From NCBI GenBank assembly GCA_964355165.1, contig CAYHCC010000014.1:1-24000 (forward strand): a stretch of 24,000 bases of DNA, written 5' to 3'. Under the pieces are notes generated by a model that worked only from the letters and a program-made list of their open reading frames with translations, was not told the DNA's origin and did no database searches. Source of the stretch: an uncultured Acidimicrobium sp. (GTDB lineage: Bacteria; Actinomycetota; Acidimicrobiia; Acidimicrobiales; Ilumatobacteraceae). Position 1 is the first letter of the stretch, and each line of letters begins with the position of its first letter. The position numbers and the translations under genes were made by a program. Below, piece by piece: positions 7,754 to 15,207 of this stretch.

Positions 7754-8130
7754 TGGGTGCGCTTGAAGAAGCTAAACAATACTTAGCAAAGGCCAGAGAG
7801 TTTTTGGAGGCGGCACAGGTCAATTTCGATCTCAAACTGTTCAACGCGGCGACGTCCAACTCTGTCACGTCCGGCATCAACGCTAAGGACGCAATTTGTT
7901 TGACGGTAATCGGGCGAACCAGCAAATCAGAAGACCACAATGCTGCCGTTGACGAACTCAGTCGCTCTGGTCCAGACGGAAGGTCCGTTGCTCCCACCCT
8001 TCGCCGACTCCTCACCCTGAAACAGAAGGCGCAGTACCAGGAGATGTCAGTGGCGGCCGCCGATGCGAAACGGGCAGTCAAGTGGGCCGAACTGATTTGC
8101 GAAAATGCCCAGCACGTCGTAAGTCGCTGA
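7753..8130 (+). CDS. HEPN-domain protein (putative toxin partner of the MNT)
   Basis: The 125-aa all-helical ORF has an R-x6-H motif, RTSKSEDH (nt 7915-7938), after the AKDAICL helix. It also has the usual position downstream of, and translationally coupled to, an MNT gene. It resembles the actinobacterial SAV_6107-type HEPN (from memory, not searched). Confidence 0.65.
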   Translation: MGALEEAKQYLAKAREFLEAAQVNFDLKLFNAATSNSVTSGINAKDAICLTVIGRTSKSEDHNAAVDELSRSGPDGRSVAPTLRRLLTLKQKAQYQEMSVAAADAKRAVKWAELICENAQHVVSR

Positions 8131-8355
8131 CCAGAGGATCGAGATTGGAAGCGAGTTCTTGGTGTCACGAATTGGAATTAAGTGACGAACGAGATCCAAG
8201 TTGTACAAGGGATGAGATGAAATCCCAAGCATCTGACCAGAAGGTACGCTGAGCAGGTATTCGTCCGCCGACGAGCCGATGAAATGGTTTAGGCGAGTTC
8301 GTTTGTTGGTATGACTTCATAGGTCGGCGTTTGTCGTTTTTAATGGAGGAACTTT

Positions 8356-10347
8356 ATTAATCTTGCGAGTCATCGCCGAGGCGACATTGAAGGTTTACGC
8401 GCCCTCGCCGTTGGGCTCGTTATCGCCTACCACTATGGAGTAGGCCAATTCGCCGGCGGGTTCATCGGTGTCGACGTGTTTTTCGTCATTTCCGGTTTTC
8501 TGATCACCAATCTCCTGATCGATGAGGCGGACCGAGACGGAAAAGTCCACCTCAGCAATTTCTGGGCCCGCCGAATTCGACGAATCGTCCCGATGTCGTT
8601 GCTGGTCGTCGTGGCTACAGCCATTGCCGGCTTGTTCATGCTGGAACCGGGACGGGCTCGGGAACTTGCCAACGTTGCCCTTGGTGCCGTGGGCTTTTGC
8701 GCCAATTTTGTCTTGTACTTCACGACCGATACCTATCTATCGGGAGTGACGCCTCCTTCGCCATTGCAGCACTACTGGTCCTTAGCAATTGAGGAGCAGT
8801 TCTATCTGGTTTGGCCATTGATCCTGTTTGGCGTAATCAAATTTGGTCGGACACATTGGAAGGCCTGGCTTGCGGGCTTGGTCGCGGTGATGGCTGGAAC
8901 GTCGTTGGTTTTTTCTATCGTCATGACACCGACGAACCCAGGTGGCGGCTACTACCTACCTCACGCCCGGGTCTGGGAAATACTTGCTGGCGCAGGACTC
9001 GCTCTGCTCGGAACGCACATCTTCAAGATCCCCGTGTTGTTGCGGACCTTCATCGGCTGGTTGGGCTTGATGTTCATTGTGTGGTCGGCCGTCTCCTTTA
9101 ATTCCGGAACCATGTTTCCCGGCTATGCCGCATTACTTCCAGTGCTCGGAACGGTCGGGGTTCTTGTAGCAGTGGAGACGTCATGGGGTCCTCAAAGGAT
9201 GTTAAGTATTTCCCCCGCACAACGTGTTGGTGCCTGGAGCTATTCGTTATATCTCTGGCACTGGCCCGTGTTGGTACTGGTGGAGGCACGTTTTGGCACG
9301 CCATCCGGGTGGGAAAAACTTGGACTCGTCATCGTGTGTGTCTTGCTCTCCGTGGCCAGCTACACGTTTGTTGAGCAACCGATTCGCAGGCAGCAATGGC
9401 TGTTGTCTCGCCCGTGGCGCAGCCTGGCTGCTGGGGCGGTGGCGATCTCCGTTGGGCTAACCGGAGGAATTATTCTTTTCGCGGCGGCACCAGGACTCGA
9501 TGCTCGCTCTGAAACGCTGGCGACGCCGACGGTGTCATCTGAAGAGGGATCGAATTTAGGCGGCTCTGTGCATCCATCGACCATGGTCACTGTGTCGACA
9601 TCAACCATTGTGTTGCCATCGCGAAAGGAAGTCAATGTCTTGTTGCTAGGTGACTCGACAATGGCGGCATTGCGATGGTTTGAACAGGGGACGGTCAGTC
9701 TTGCGGGATTCAATTACCAACTTGATGCCGAGTCGTGTCGAAGCATTGCCAACTGGTCCTGTTGGGGTCGCGAGAAGCGAAGACCCGAAAACGCCGTGAA
9801 TACGTTGGAAGGATATGAGGGGGCGTTGGACTATGTCGTATTGATGGCTGGATACGACAGCAGTGTCCAACGCGTGGGCGATGAATTCAGACGATTTATC
9901 GAGTCGGCGCAGGCCAAGGATGTCAAATCGATCATCCTGACCTATAAGGAGTCGCTCAAGTACCCAGCACCAGGATCAAGGGGCAAGCGTTCGGTTTACG
10001 CAGACTTCAACAAGATCCTCCGAGATGTGGTTGCGAAGCAAGGATCCGACAATTTGGTCATCGCCGACTGGAACTCATTCAGTTGGGCGAGGGTGGATTG
10101 GTTCCGACCGGATGGTATTCACCTCACCATTGAGGGGACTGTGGCTCTTGGCTGGTATTTATCTCATGTCGTGGCGAGTGTCGCCGACAACCCGTGTCCT
10201 TTCACCGAAACTTACCCCTGTGCATTGCCCGAGATGCTCGATCCACGGATTGATTTGATGACGGAGTTCAACGTGGAAGACACAAAGACCCAGTGCTATG
10301 AAGATGGCAAGAGTCGAAAACGAGTATGCGGTCGAGACCGCCGCTGA
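8356..10347 (+). CDS. Acyltransferase-3 (AT3) membrane domain fused to a C-terminal SGNH/GDSL hydrolase domain (OafA/YrhL-like)
   Basis: The AT3 signature RRGDIEGLRALAVGLVIAYH...GGFIGVDVFFVISGFLIT is followed by multiple TM helices. The C-terminal SGNH blocks are LLLGDSTM and RPDGIHLT. The 5' end is uncertain. The conserved N-terminus is in frame upstream of the ORF-track GTG (8476), but the only plausible initiator is ATT 8356, 5 nt after GGAGGA (8345-8350). Confidence 0.85.
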   Translation: MNLASHRRGDIEGLRALAVGLVIAYHYGVGQFAGGFIGVDVFFVISGFLITNLLIDEADRDGKVHLSNFWARRIRRIVPMSLLVVVATAIAGLFMLEPGRARELANVALGAVGFCANFVLYFTTDTYLSGVTPPSPLQHYWSLAIEEQFYLVWPLILFGVIKFGRTHWKAWLAGLVAVMAGTSLVFSIVMTPTNPGGGYYLPHARVWEILAGAGLALLGTHIFKIPVLLRTFIGWLGLMFIVWSAVSFNSGTMFPGYAALLPVLGTVGVLVAVETSWGPQRMLSISPAQRVGAWSYSLYLWHWPVLVLVEARFGTPSGWEKLGLVIVCVLLSVASYTFVEQPIRRQQWLLSRPWRSLAAGAVAISVGLTGGIILFAAAPGLDARSETLATPTVSSEEGSNLGGSVHPSTMVTVSTSTIVLPSRKEVNVLLLGDSTMAALRWFEQGTVSLAGFNYQLDAESCRSIANWSCWGREKRRPENAVNTLEGYEGALDYVVLMAGYDSSVQRVGDEFRRFIESAQAKDVKSIILTYKESLKYPAPGSRGKRSVYADFNKILRDVVAKQGSDNLVIADWNSFSWARVDWFRPDGIHLTIEGTVALGWYLSHVVASVADNPCPFTETYPCALPEMLDPRIDLMTEFNVEDTKTQCYEDGKSRKRVCGRDRR

Positions 10348-10381
10348 TGCGTAGTCTCAATCGGCTGATGGGTTCGCGTCC

Positions 10382-11827
10382 TCAGGAATTCTGAAAGAAC
10401 TCGCGGACGATTGTCATCACCGCGTTCGCATTCCACAAAGCCTCGCCGGGACGAAGAGGAGATGGTCCGAATTCCACGGTGAGGCTGATGCCGTTCGGAC
10501 CTTGCAGCGACTTGGACCACATGGTACCGGTACCGCTATAGGTACCTCCCGCGATCGTGAGAAGAGGCAGTTGCACCAACGAGGCATATCGTTCTCGAAT
10601 CGCACCTTCCCGACCGCTGCTAGGGCTGATCCGAAAATAGTCTTGGTGATACCAGATCACGATCTCTGGCTTAATGAAGTTTCCGAGACGCTCCATCGCC
10701 TGAACTTCAGGTTCACTTCCTGGACTCGGGCCTGAGTATTGCCAATACCCCAGGCTGCCAACGGGATTCCACCGTGTCGAAAAGTTGCGGTTCAAGTCGA
10801 CCCCGTTGGCGTTTTGACGAATTCTTGCGACCTGACCATCGGGGTTCATCGTGGGAACTAGCCAGAGGTCGACCTTTTCGGTGAGTTCCATCGTGCGCAA
10901 AAGATCCATGACTGCCATTCCGGCGTCTTCGTCTCCATGAATGACTCCAATGACGAGAATGCTCGTGCCATCAGGGACGCCTCGTCGATGAATGAGGAGT
11001 GGCACCTCATGCACCGAGCGACCAAACTCAATGTCGACATCGAACGGCACCTCGCCTGTTGTCCCAAATGAAGTGATGTTGGCAATCGGCGGAGAGATTG
11101 AAGCTTGCGTTGTTGTGACCGGTGTGGCAGGTGGAATTGTGGCTGCTGGAGAGTCTTCGTTGAGAACAAGGACCACGATCGCGGCGAACATGATCAGCAC
11201 TGCAGCACTCTTGGCTGCTATCTGCGTACGGACTCGACGACTTGTTACCTGCTGGCGGCGAAATTCAGATACTTGGAGAACGCCTCGCCGCATCGGCGCT
11301 GCGGTAGGTCTTGTGACGGCGTGGTCGACAGATGCTGGCGGGGTAGGGGCCGAAGGTGGTACATCGTGGATGTATTCCGTGGCCTGTTTAATTTGATCGG
11401 CGATCTCATCGGTGAATGCGGCGTGACGGCCCGATCGCTTGGTGTCGATACGCCATATGCGACCTACCGGGTCGGTATATGAAAGGTTGAGAATCCGGGA
11501 CCTCGCCTCTGCTGAGGAGAGTTCACCGTTGTCGAAGGATGCACATGTCTGTTGGTAGATCTGGTTGAGATGAGCGAGTTCGGCAGATGCTGGCGGGGTA
11601 GGGGCTGAAGGGAGTACATCGGCGATTTCGTCGGTGAATGCGGCGTGACGGCCTGAGCGTTTGGTGTCGACGCGCCAAATCCGCCCCTCCGAGTCGGTAT
11701 ATGAAAGGTTGAGAATCCGGGACCTCGCCTCTGCCGACGAGAGTTCCCCGTTGTCGAAGGATGCACATGTCTGCTGGTACATCTGATCCAGACGAGCGAG
11801 TTCGGGATGCAGGGGATCAAGGATCAT
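10382..11827 (-). CDS. Membrane-anchored M14-family zinc carboxypeptidase (MpaA / gamma-D-Glu-DAP peptidase-like) with a duplicated N-terminal cytoplasmic module
   Basis: The M14 motifs are VIHGDEDAG (HxxE), MNPDG, RQNANGVDLNRNF, SEPE, IWYHQ and LTVEFG. A single TM segment (AAVLIMFAAIVVLVL) sits after a basic stretch. The N-terminus holds two tandem 74-aa repeats. Confidence 0.8.
   Translation of the reverse strand: MILDPLHPELARLDQMYQQTCASFDNGELSSAEARSRILNLSYTDSEGRIWRVDTKRSGRHAAFTDEIADVLPSAPTPPASAELAHLNQIYQQTCASFDNGELSSAEARSRILNLSYTDPVGRIWRIDTKRSGRHAAFTDEIADQIKQATEYIHDVPPSAPTPPASVDHAVTRPTAAPMRRGVLQVSEFRRQQVTSRRVRTQIAAKSAAVLIMFAAIVVLVLNEDSPAATIPPATPVTTTQASISPPIANITSFGTTGEVPFDVDIEFGRSVHEVPLLIHRRGVPDGTSILVIGVIHGDEDAGMAVMDLLRTMELTEKVDLWLVPTMNPDGQVARIRQNANGVDLNRNFSTRWNPVGSLGYWQYSGPSPGSEPEVQAMERLGNFIKPEIVIWYHQDYFRISPSSGREGAIRERYASLVQLPLLTIAGGTYSGTGTMWSKSLQGPNGISLTVEFGPSPLRPGEALWNANAVMTIVREFFQNS
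11327..11803. repeat. Intragenic tandem duplication, period 222 bp (74 aa), two copies; the second carries an 11-codon insertion
   Basis: Copy A is 11582-11803 (aa 9-82) and copy B is 11327-11581 (aa 83-167). About 65/74 aa are identical, and the nucleotide copies are also close, for example gtcggtatatgaaaggttgagaatccgggacctcgcctctgc at 11471 and 11693. Confidence 0.9.
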
Positions 11828-11937
11828 TTCTGCGGCTTCCAGATCGAGTCTGACATGTCCTGACTAACTCTAATAGGGTGGGTCGCGCGCTGTTTAGCGC
11901 ATCGCGCCGATGTCAACCACTTGCCATTTTGTGACCG

Positions 11938-12570
11938 ATGGGGTACATCTTAGGAACGATGTCCCAACTTTACGAAGATCCCCATCGCGAATTGCATGAC
12001 CGCTTCGACACCCGTCGCCTCGCCGACCGACTCGAAGAGAAATTATTGCACGACACTCTCGCGCCTGATGAACAGAAATTCATCGCGGAACGCGACATGT
12101 TCTTCCTTGCCACCGTGGATGCTCGTGGACATACGAATTGCTCCTATCGTGACGGTGAGCCAGGTTTCGTGCGCGCGGTCGACGAACATACGATTGCGTT
12201 TCCAAATTACGACGGCAATGGAATGTATTTATCGATGGGAAATGTCTTGGACAACAGCGAAGTCGGACTTCTCTTCATCGATTTTGAAAATCGAAAACGG
12301 ATGCGTTACAACGGAACTGCAACAATCGAATTTAACGATCCGTTGATGGTCGAATTTCCCGAAGCGCAGTTTGTCGTGCGCGTGAAAGCGCGCGAGATCT
12401 TCGTCAACTGCCCGCGCTATGTGCATAAGATGACGCTCGTCGAGCGCTCTCGCTTCGTTCCGCGAAGTGGCATCGCGACACCGGTGCCAAGTTGGAAGGC
12501 CAGCCAGTGGGCCTGCGATGCTCTCGCCGAGAGCGACCCGGCACGCGACCCGGAACGCGAGGTTCTGTAG
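11938..12570 (+). CDS. Pyridoxamine 5'-phosphate oxidase-family (split beta-barrel flavin/deazaflavin-binding) protein
   Basis: Diagnostic segments are ERDMFFLATVDARGHTNCSYRDGEPGFV, FPNYDGNGMYLSMGN and VNCPRYVHK, typical of PNPOx-like proteins. An alternative start is ATG 11959 (MSQLYE). Confidence 0.7.
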   Translation: MGYILGTMSQLYEDPHRELHDRFDTRRLADRLEEKLLHDTLAPDEQKFIAERDMFFLATVDARGHTNCSYRDGEPGFVRAVDEHTIAFPNYDGNGMYLSMGNVLDNSEVGLLFIDFENRKRMRYNGTATIEFNDPLMVEFPEAQFVVRVKAREIFVNCPRYVHKMTLVERSRFVPRSGIATPVPSWKASQWACDALAESDPARDPEREVL

Positions 12571-12609
12571 CCATCCAATGAGAAAGGACTGAGTGAGATC
12601 GGTCGTGAA

Positions 12610-13185
12610 TTGATCTATATTGGCTATATGAGTTCAACACATTTTTCCGTTACATTCACCGAACGGCGTGAGCGTTTATCGTCGGCGTTCCGCTGCTTCC
12701 TGGCCATTCCGCATCTACTGGTACTTGAAGCATGGAATTCCTTGGTGCAGATCCTTGCATTTGTTCAGTGGTGGATCATCTTATTTTCGGGAAGCCGAAA
12801 TGAAAGTATCTGGAAGATGCAGAATTCGTGGCTCGCCTACGCGTCACGCGTCTACGCCTATATTTATCTACTATTCGACAAATGGCCCGCATTTGGTGAG
12901 AATCCAGATGGAGAGCCGACAAATTACGAGTTCGTCTATGAACAGAGCGCGAATCGTTGGTCGAATGCCTTTCGGTTAATCATGTTGATTCCGGCACTCA
13001 TTATCTATATCGGCCTGGCGATCGTGGCTGTATTTCTTGTCCTTCTTTCGTGGTTCACGATCGTATTTAGCGGAAAGCAACCACGAGGATTCTTCGACTT
13101 CATCTTGAAGGCGCTCCGATATTGGATCGCAACAAATGCCTACGGTTTGCTAATGACCGATACGTACCCTAACTCAAAGCCGTGA
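12610..13185 (+). CDS. DUF4389-like integral membrane protein
   Basis: R..RLSSAFRCFLAIPHLLVL followed by the WWIILFSG and WFTIVFSGKQPRGFFDF pattern matches the DUF4389 architecture as I recall it. The start is TTG 12610 or ATG 12628. Confidence 0.55.
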   Translation: MIYIGYMSSTHFSVTFTERRERLSSAFRCFLAIPHLLVLEAWNSLVQILAFVQWWIILFSGSRNESIWKMQNSWLAYASRVYAYIYLLFDKWPAFGENPDGEPTNYEFVYEQSANRWSNAFRLIMLIPALIIYIGLAIVAVFLVLLSWFTIVFSGKQPRGFFDFILKALRYWIATNAYGLLMTDTYPNSKP

Positions 13186-14303
13186 GGTTGAGTCTGCGTC
13201 ACCTGCCCTGGGGGAGACTGCAGAGAATTGCACAATCAACGCTAGTCCTTTCGATCATCTTTATCGGTGGAGGATTGAACAATCGCGTCAACGCGGTAAT
13301 CACGCCCGCTGCAAAGCTTGCATTAGTAGGACTCTTTGAAAAACCGGTGGGTATCGCCTCGCGTGTCGGCGACACCGGTATATATATCGCTCAACAGTCC
13401 GGTCAGGTCGTGCGCTATGGGGTCAATGGCAAAACCACCGTGACTCTTGATCTATCGTCGCTCACCGAAGCCGACGGTGAACGCGGTCTGCTCGGAGTGG
13501 TATTCCATCCCAACGGCAAATCACTGTATGTCAACTACACAGATGCCAATGGCGACACGGTCGTGGCGCGCTATGCGATGAAATTGGATGGCACAGCCCG
13601 AAATTCGTCGCGCGTCGTTCTTTTCACATTGCGTCAACCGTATCCAAACCACAACGGTGGCGGACTTGCCTTTGGTCCGAACGGGCGTCTCTTTGTCGCG
13701 ACGGGTGACGGAGGAAGTGGAGGAGACCCGCAACGCCGCGCCCTCGACCCAAAATCCAGACTCGGAAAAATGATCTCGCTAAACCCGAACGCAGCGAGTC
13801 AAGCGGGCAATGATCTTGTCATCTGGTCGCGAGGTTTGCGAAATCCATGGCGCTTTGAATTTGATTCACAGGGCAACCTCTGGATCGCCGACGTCGGCCA
13901 AAACACGTGGGAGGAAGTCAATCTGGCGCGGGCTGCCGACGGAGCGGGAAAAGGTAAGAGTTTCGGATGGAGTGCATTCGAAGCCAATTCTCGATACAAC
14001 ACGGATCAACCGGCCCAAGGACATCTATTCCCGATCTACGCCTACAAGCACGGAGCAGCCGGCTGCTCGATTTCAGGCGGGACTCGTATCCGAGACACGA
14101 GCCTCGTATCGCTCAAAGACTGGTACGTCTTTGGCGACTATTGCAGCGGGACACTCACCGCTATTTGGGTGGAAGGAAACAAAACCACGCGAACCATCGC
14201 GCTCGTGAAAAATGTGGGCTCGATCACTGCGGTGCGGACCGTATTTGGGGGTGCCGCCTATGTGCTCACCCTGGAGGGCAAGGTCTACCGGATCATCAAG
14301 TAA
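13182..14303 (+). CDS. PQQ-dependent sugar dehydrogenase (soluble aldose/sorbosone dehydrogenase family), N-terminally anchored or secreted
   Basis: Motifs are ERGLLGVVFHP, QPYPNHNGGGLAFGPNGRLFVATGDGGSGGDPQ, GLRNPWRFEFD and GNLWIADVGQNTWEEVN. It has an N-terminal hydrophobic segment. The GTG start overlaps the upstream stop (GTGA). Confidence 0.85.
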   Translation: MRLSLRHLPWGRLQRIAQSTLVLSIIFIGGGLNNRVNAVITPAAKLALVGLFEKPVGIASRVGDTGIYIAQQSGQVVRYGVNGKTTVTLDLSSLTEADGERGLLGVVFHPNGKSLYVNYTDANGDTVVARYAMKLDGTARNSSRVVLFTLRQPYPNHNGGGLAFGPNGRLFVATGDGGSGGDPQRRALDPKSRLGKMISLNPNAASQAGNDLVIWSRGLRNPWRFEFDSQGNLWIADVGQNTWEEVNLARAADGAGKGKSFGWSAFEANSRYNTDQPAQGHLFPIYAYKHGAAGCSISGGTRIRDTSLVSLKDWYVFGDYCSGTLTAIWVEGNKTTRTIALVKNVGSITAVRTVFGGAAYVLTLEGKVYRIIK

Positions 14304-14309
14304 AGAGGA

Positions 14310-15044
14310 CTACCCGCTAACGGCTGCTTTGATTGCCTGGGCACCTGCGAGCAGTGCGGTACGCCCCGATTCGTCGAGGACGCCGTAGGCCGGAGCCACC
14401 AAGCGATCAGTGAGGTCTTCGGCATCGAGCATCATGCGGTGCTCGGCCTTGTCAATGTGCGGTGCATCGGCGTCACTCCAACCAAACATCTTGATGTCGT
14501 TTGGACGCTTCACGAAATGTGCAGTCTTAGAGTCAAGCCCCACCGCTCGTACCGCCAAAAGATGGGCGCTTCCTCGGAACTCTCGCAATACCGCGAAGAG
14601 TTGCATGGCACGTCCAGCCGTGTCCGTCGCAAGCGGTTCCGATTTGACCGCAGCGTAGAGGGCCAGGCCATCTGGACTCGCTGCTTCATTCACCGCGTCT
14701 GCCGCAATAACGAATTCGGCAAGTCCTGAGATGTCAGCCAACTTGGCACGACCAAAATTGGCACAGCACTCCAAGTGTGCCTTACCTGCAACGCGAGGTG
14801 TGATCTTGGCCTTGGCAGAATCCCATGCTTTACCAATGATGACCGGATTGAAGTATCCGAATGCAGCGGCAACGACAGATCCTTCGCAATCACCCAGCGG
14901 CCCGCCACGACCAATGACATAAAATTCCATTCCATTAAGTCCCAGTTCAGCACCCTTGGCCTGAGTTTCAGGCGCAAAGTAATACGCCCACCCTGTGTTG
15001 TTGATGATCGGGCACACTTCTTGAACGAGCTCTTCGTTGGTCAT
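14310..15044 (-). CDS. Conserved hypothetical protein (function unknown)
   Basis: This is a 244-aa uninterrupted ORF with host-like composition. It converges on the dehydrogenase gene with a 6-nt gap. I recognise no catalytic motif. Confidence 0.6.
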   Translation of the reverse strand: MTNEELVQEVCPIINNTGWAYYFAPETQAKGAELGLNGMEFYVIGRGGPLGDCEGSVVAAAFGYFNPVIIGKAWDSAKAKITPRVAGKAHLECCANFGRAKLADISGLAEFVIAADAVNEAASPDGLALYAAVKSEPLATDTAGRAMQLFAVLREFRGSAHLLAVRAVGLDSKTAHFVKRPNDIKMFGWSDADAPHIDKAEHRMMLDAEDLTDRLVAPAYGVLDESGRTALLAGAQAIKAAVSG

Positions 15045-15207
15045 GTCATGAGGGTAGTCCCAAAGCCTTTAGCGCTTATTACTGTATCTCCCGCAGTGTT
15101 TGCCAATACTGATTGGAGAGGCATACGCAGAGGGCAATGTCAATCATTAGCGCATTTCCAACTAGTTAGTGCAATTTGAGAGTTGGCGTAACAAGTAACG
15201 TTTTGAA

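Noticed and set aside
7402-8232. Minus-strand ORFs 7402..7605, 7740..8168 and 8047..8232
   Set aside because: They are antisense to the MNT and HEPN genes and have Ser/Ala/Arg-rich, shadow-type composition.
8476-8478. GTG 8476 as the true start of the acyltransferase
   Set aside because: It would remove about 40 in-frame codons that encode the most conserved AT3 N-terminal motif (R.DI.GLRA.AV...H). I keep it only as the fallback if ATT 8356 is not used.
8433-11820. Overlapping ORFs inside the acyltransferase and M14 genes (for example 8433..8723, 8811..9101, 9360..9713, 10992..11396, 11105..11482, 11464..11820, 11523..11768)
   Set aside because: These are alternative-frame products of mid/high-GC coding sequence. 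11464..11820 and 11523..11768 look repetitive only because they read the 222-bp duplication out of frame.
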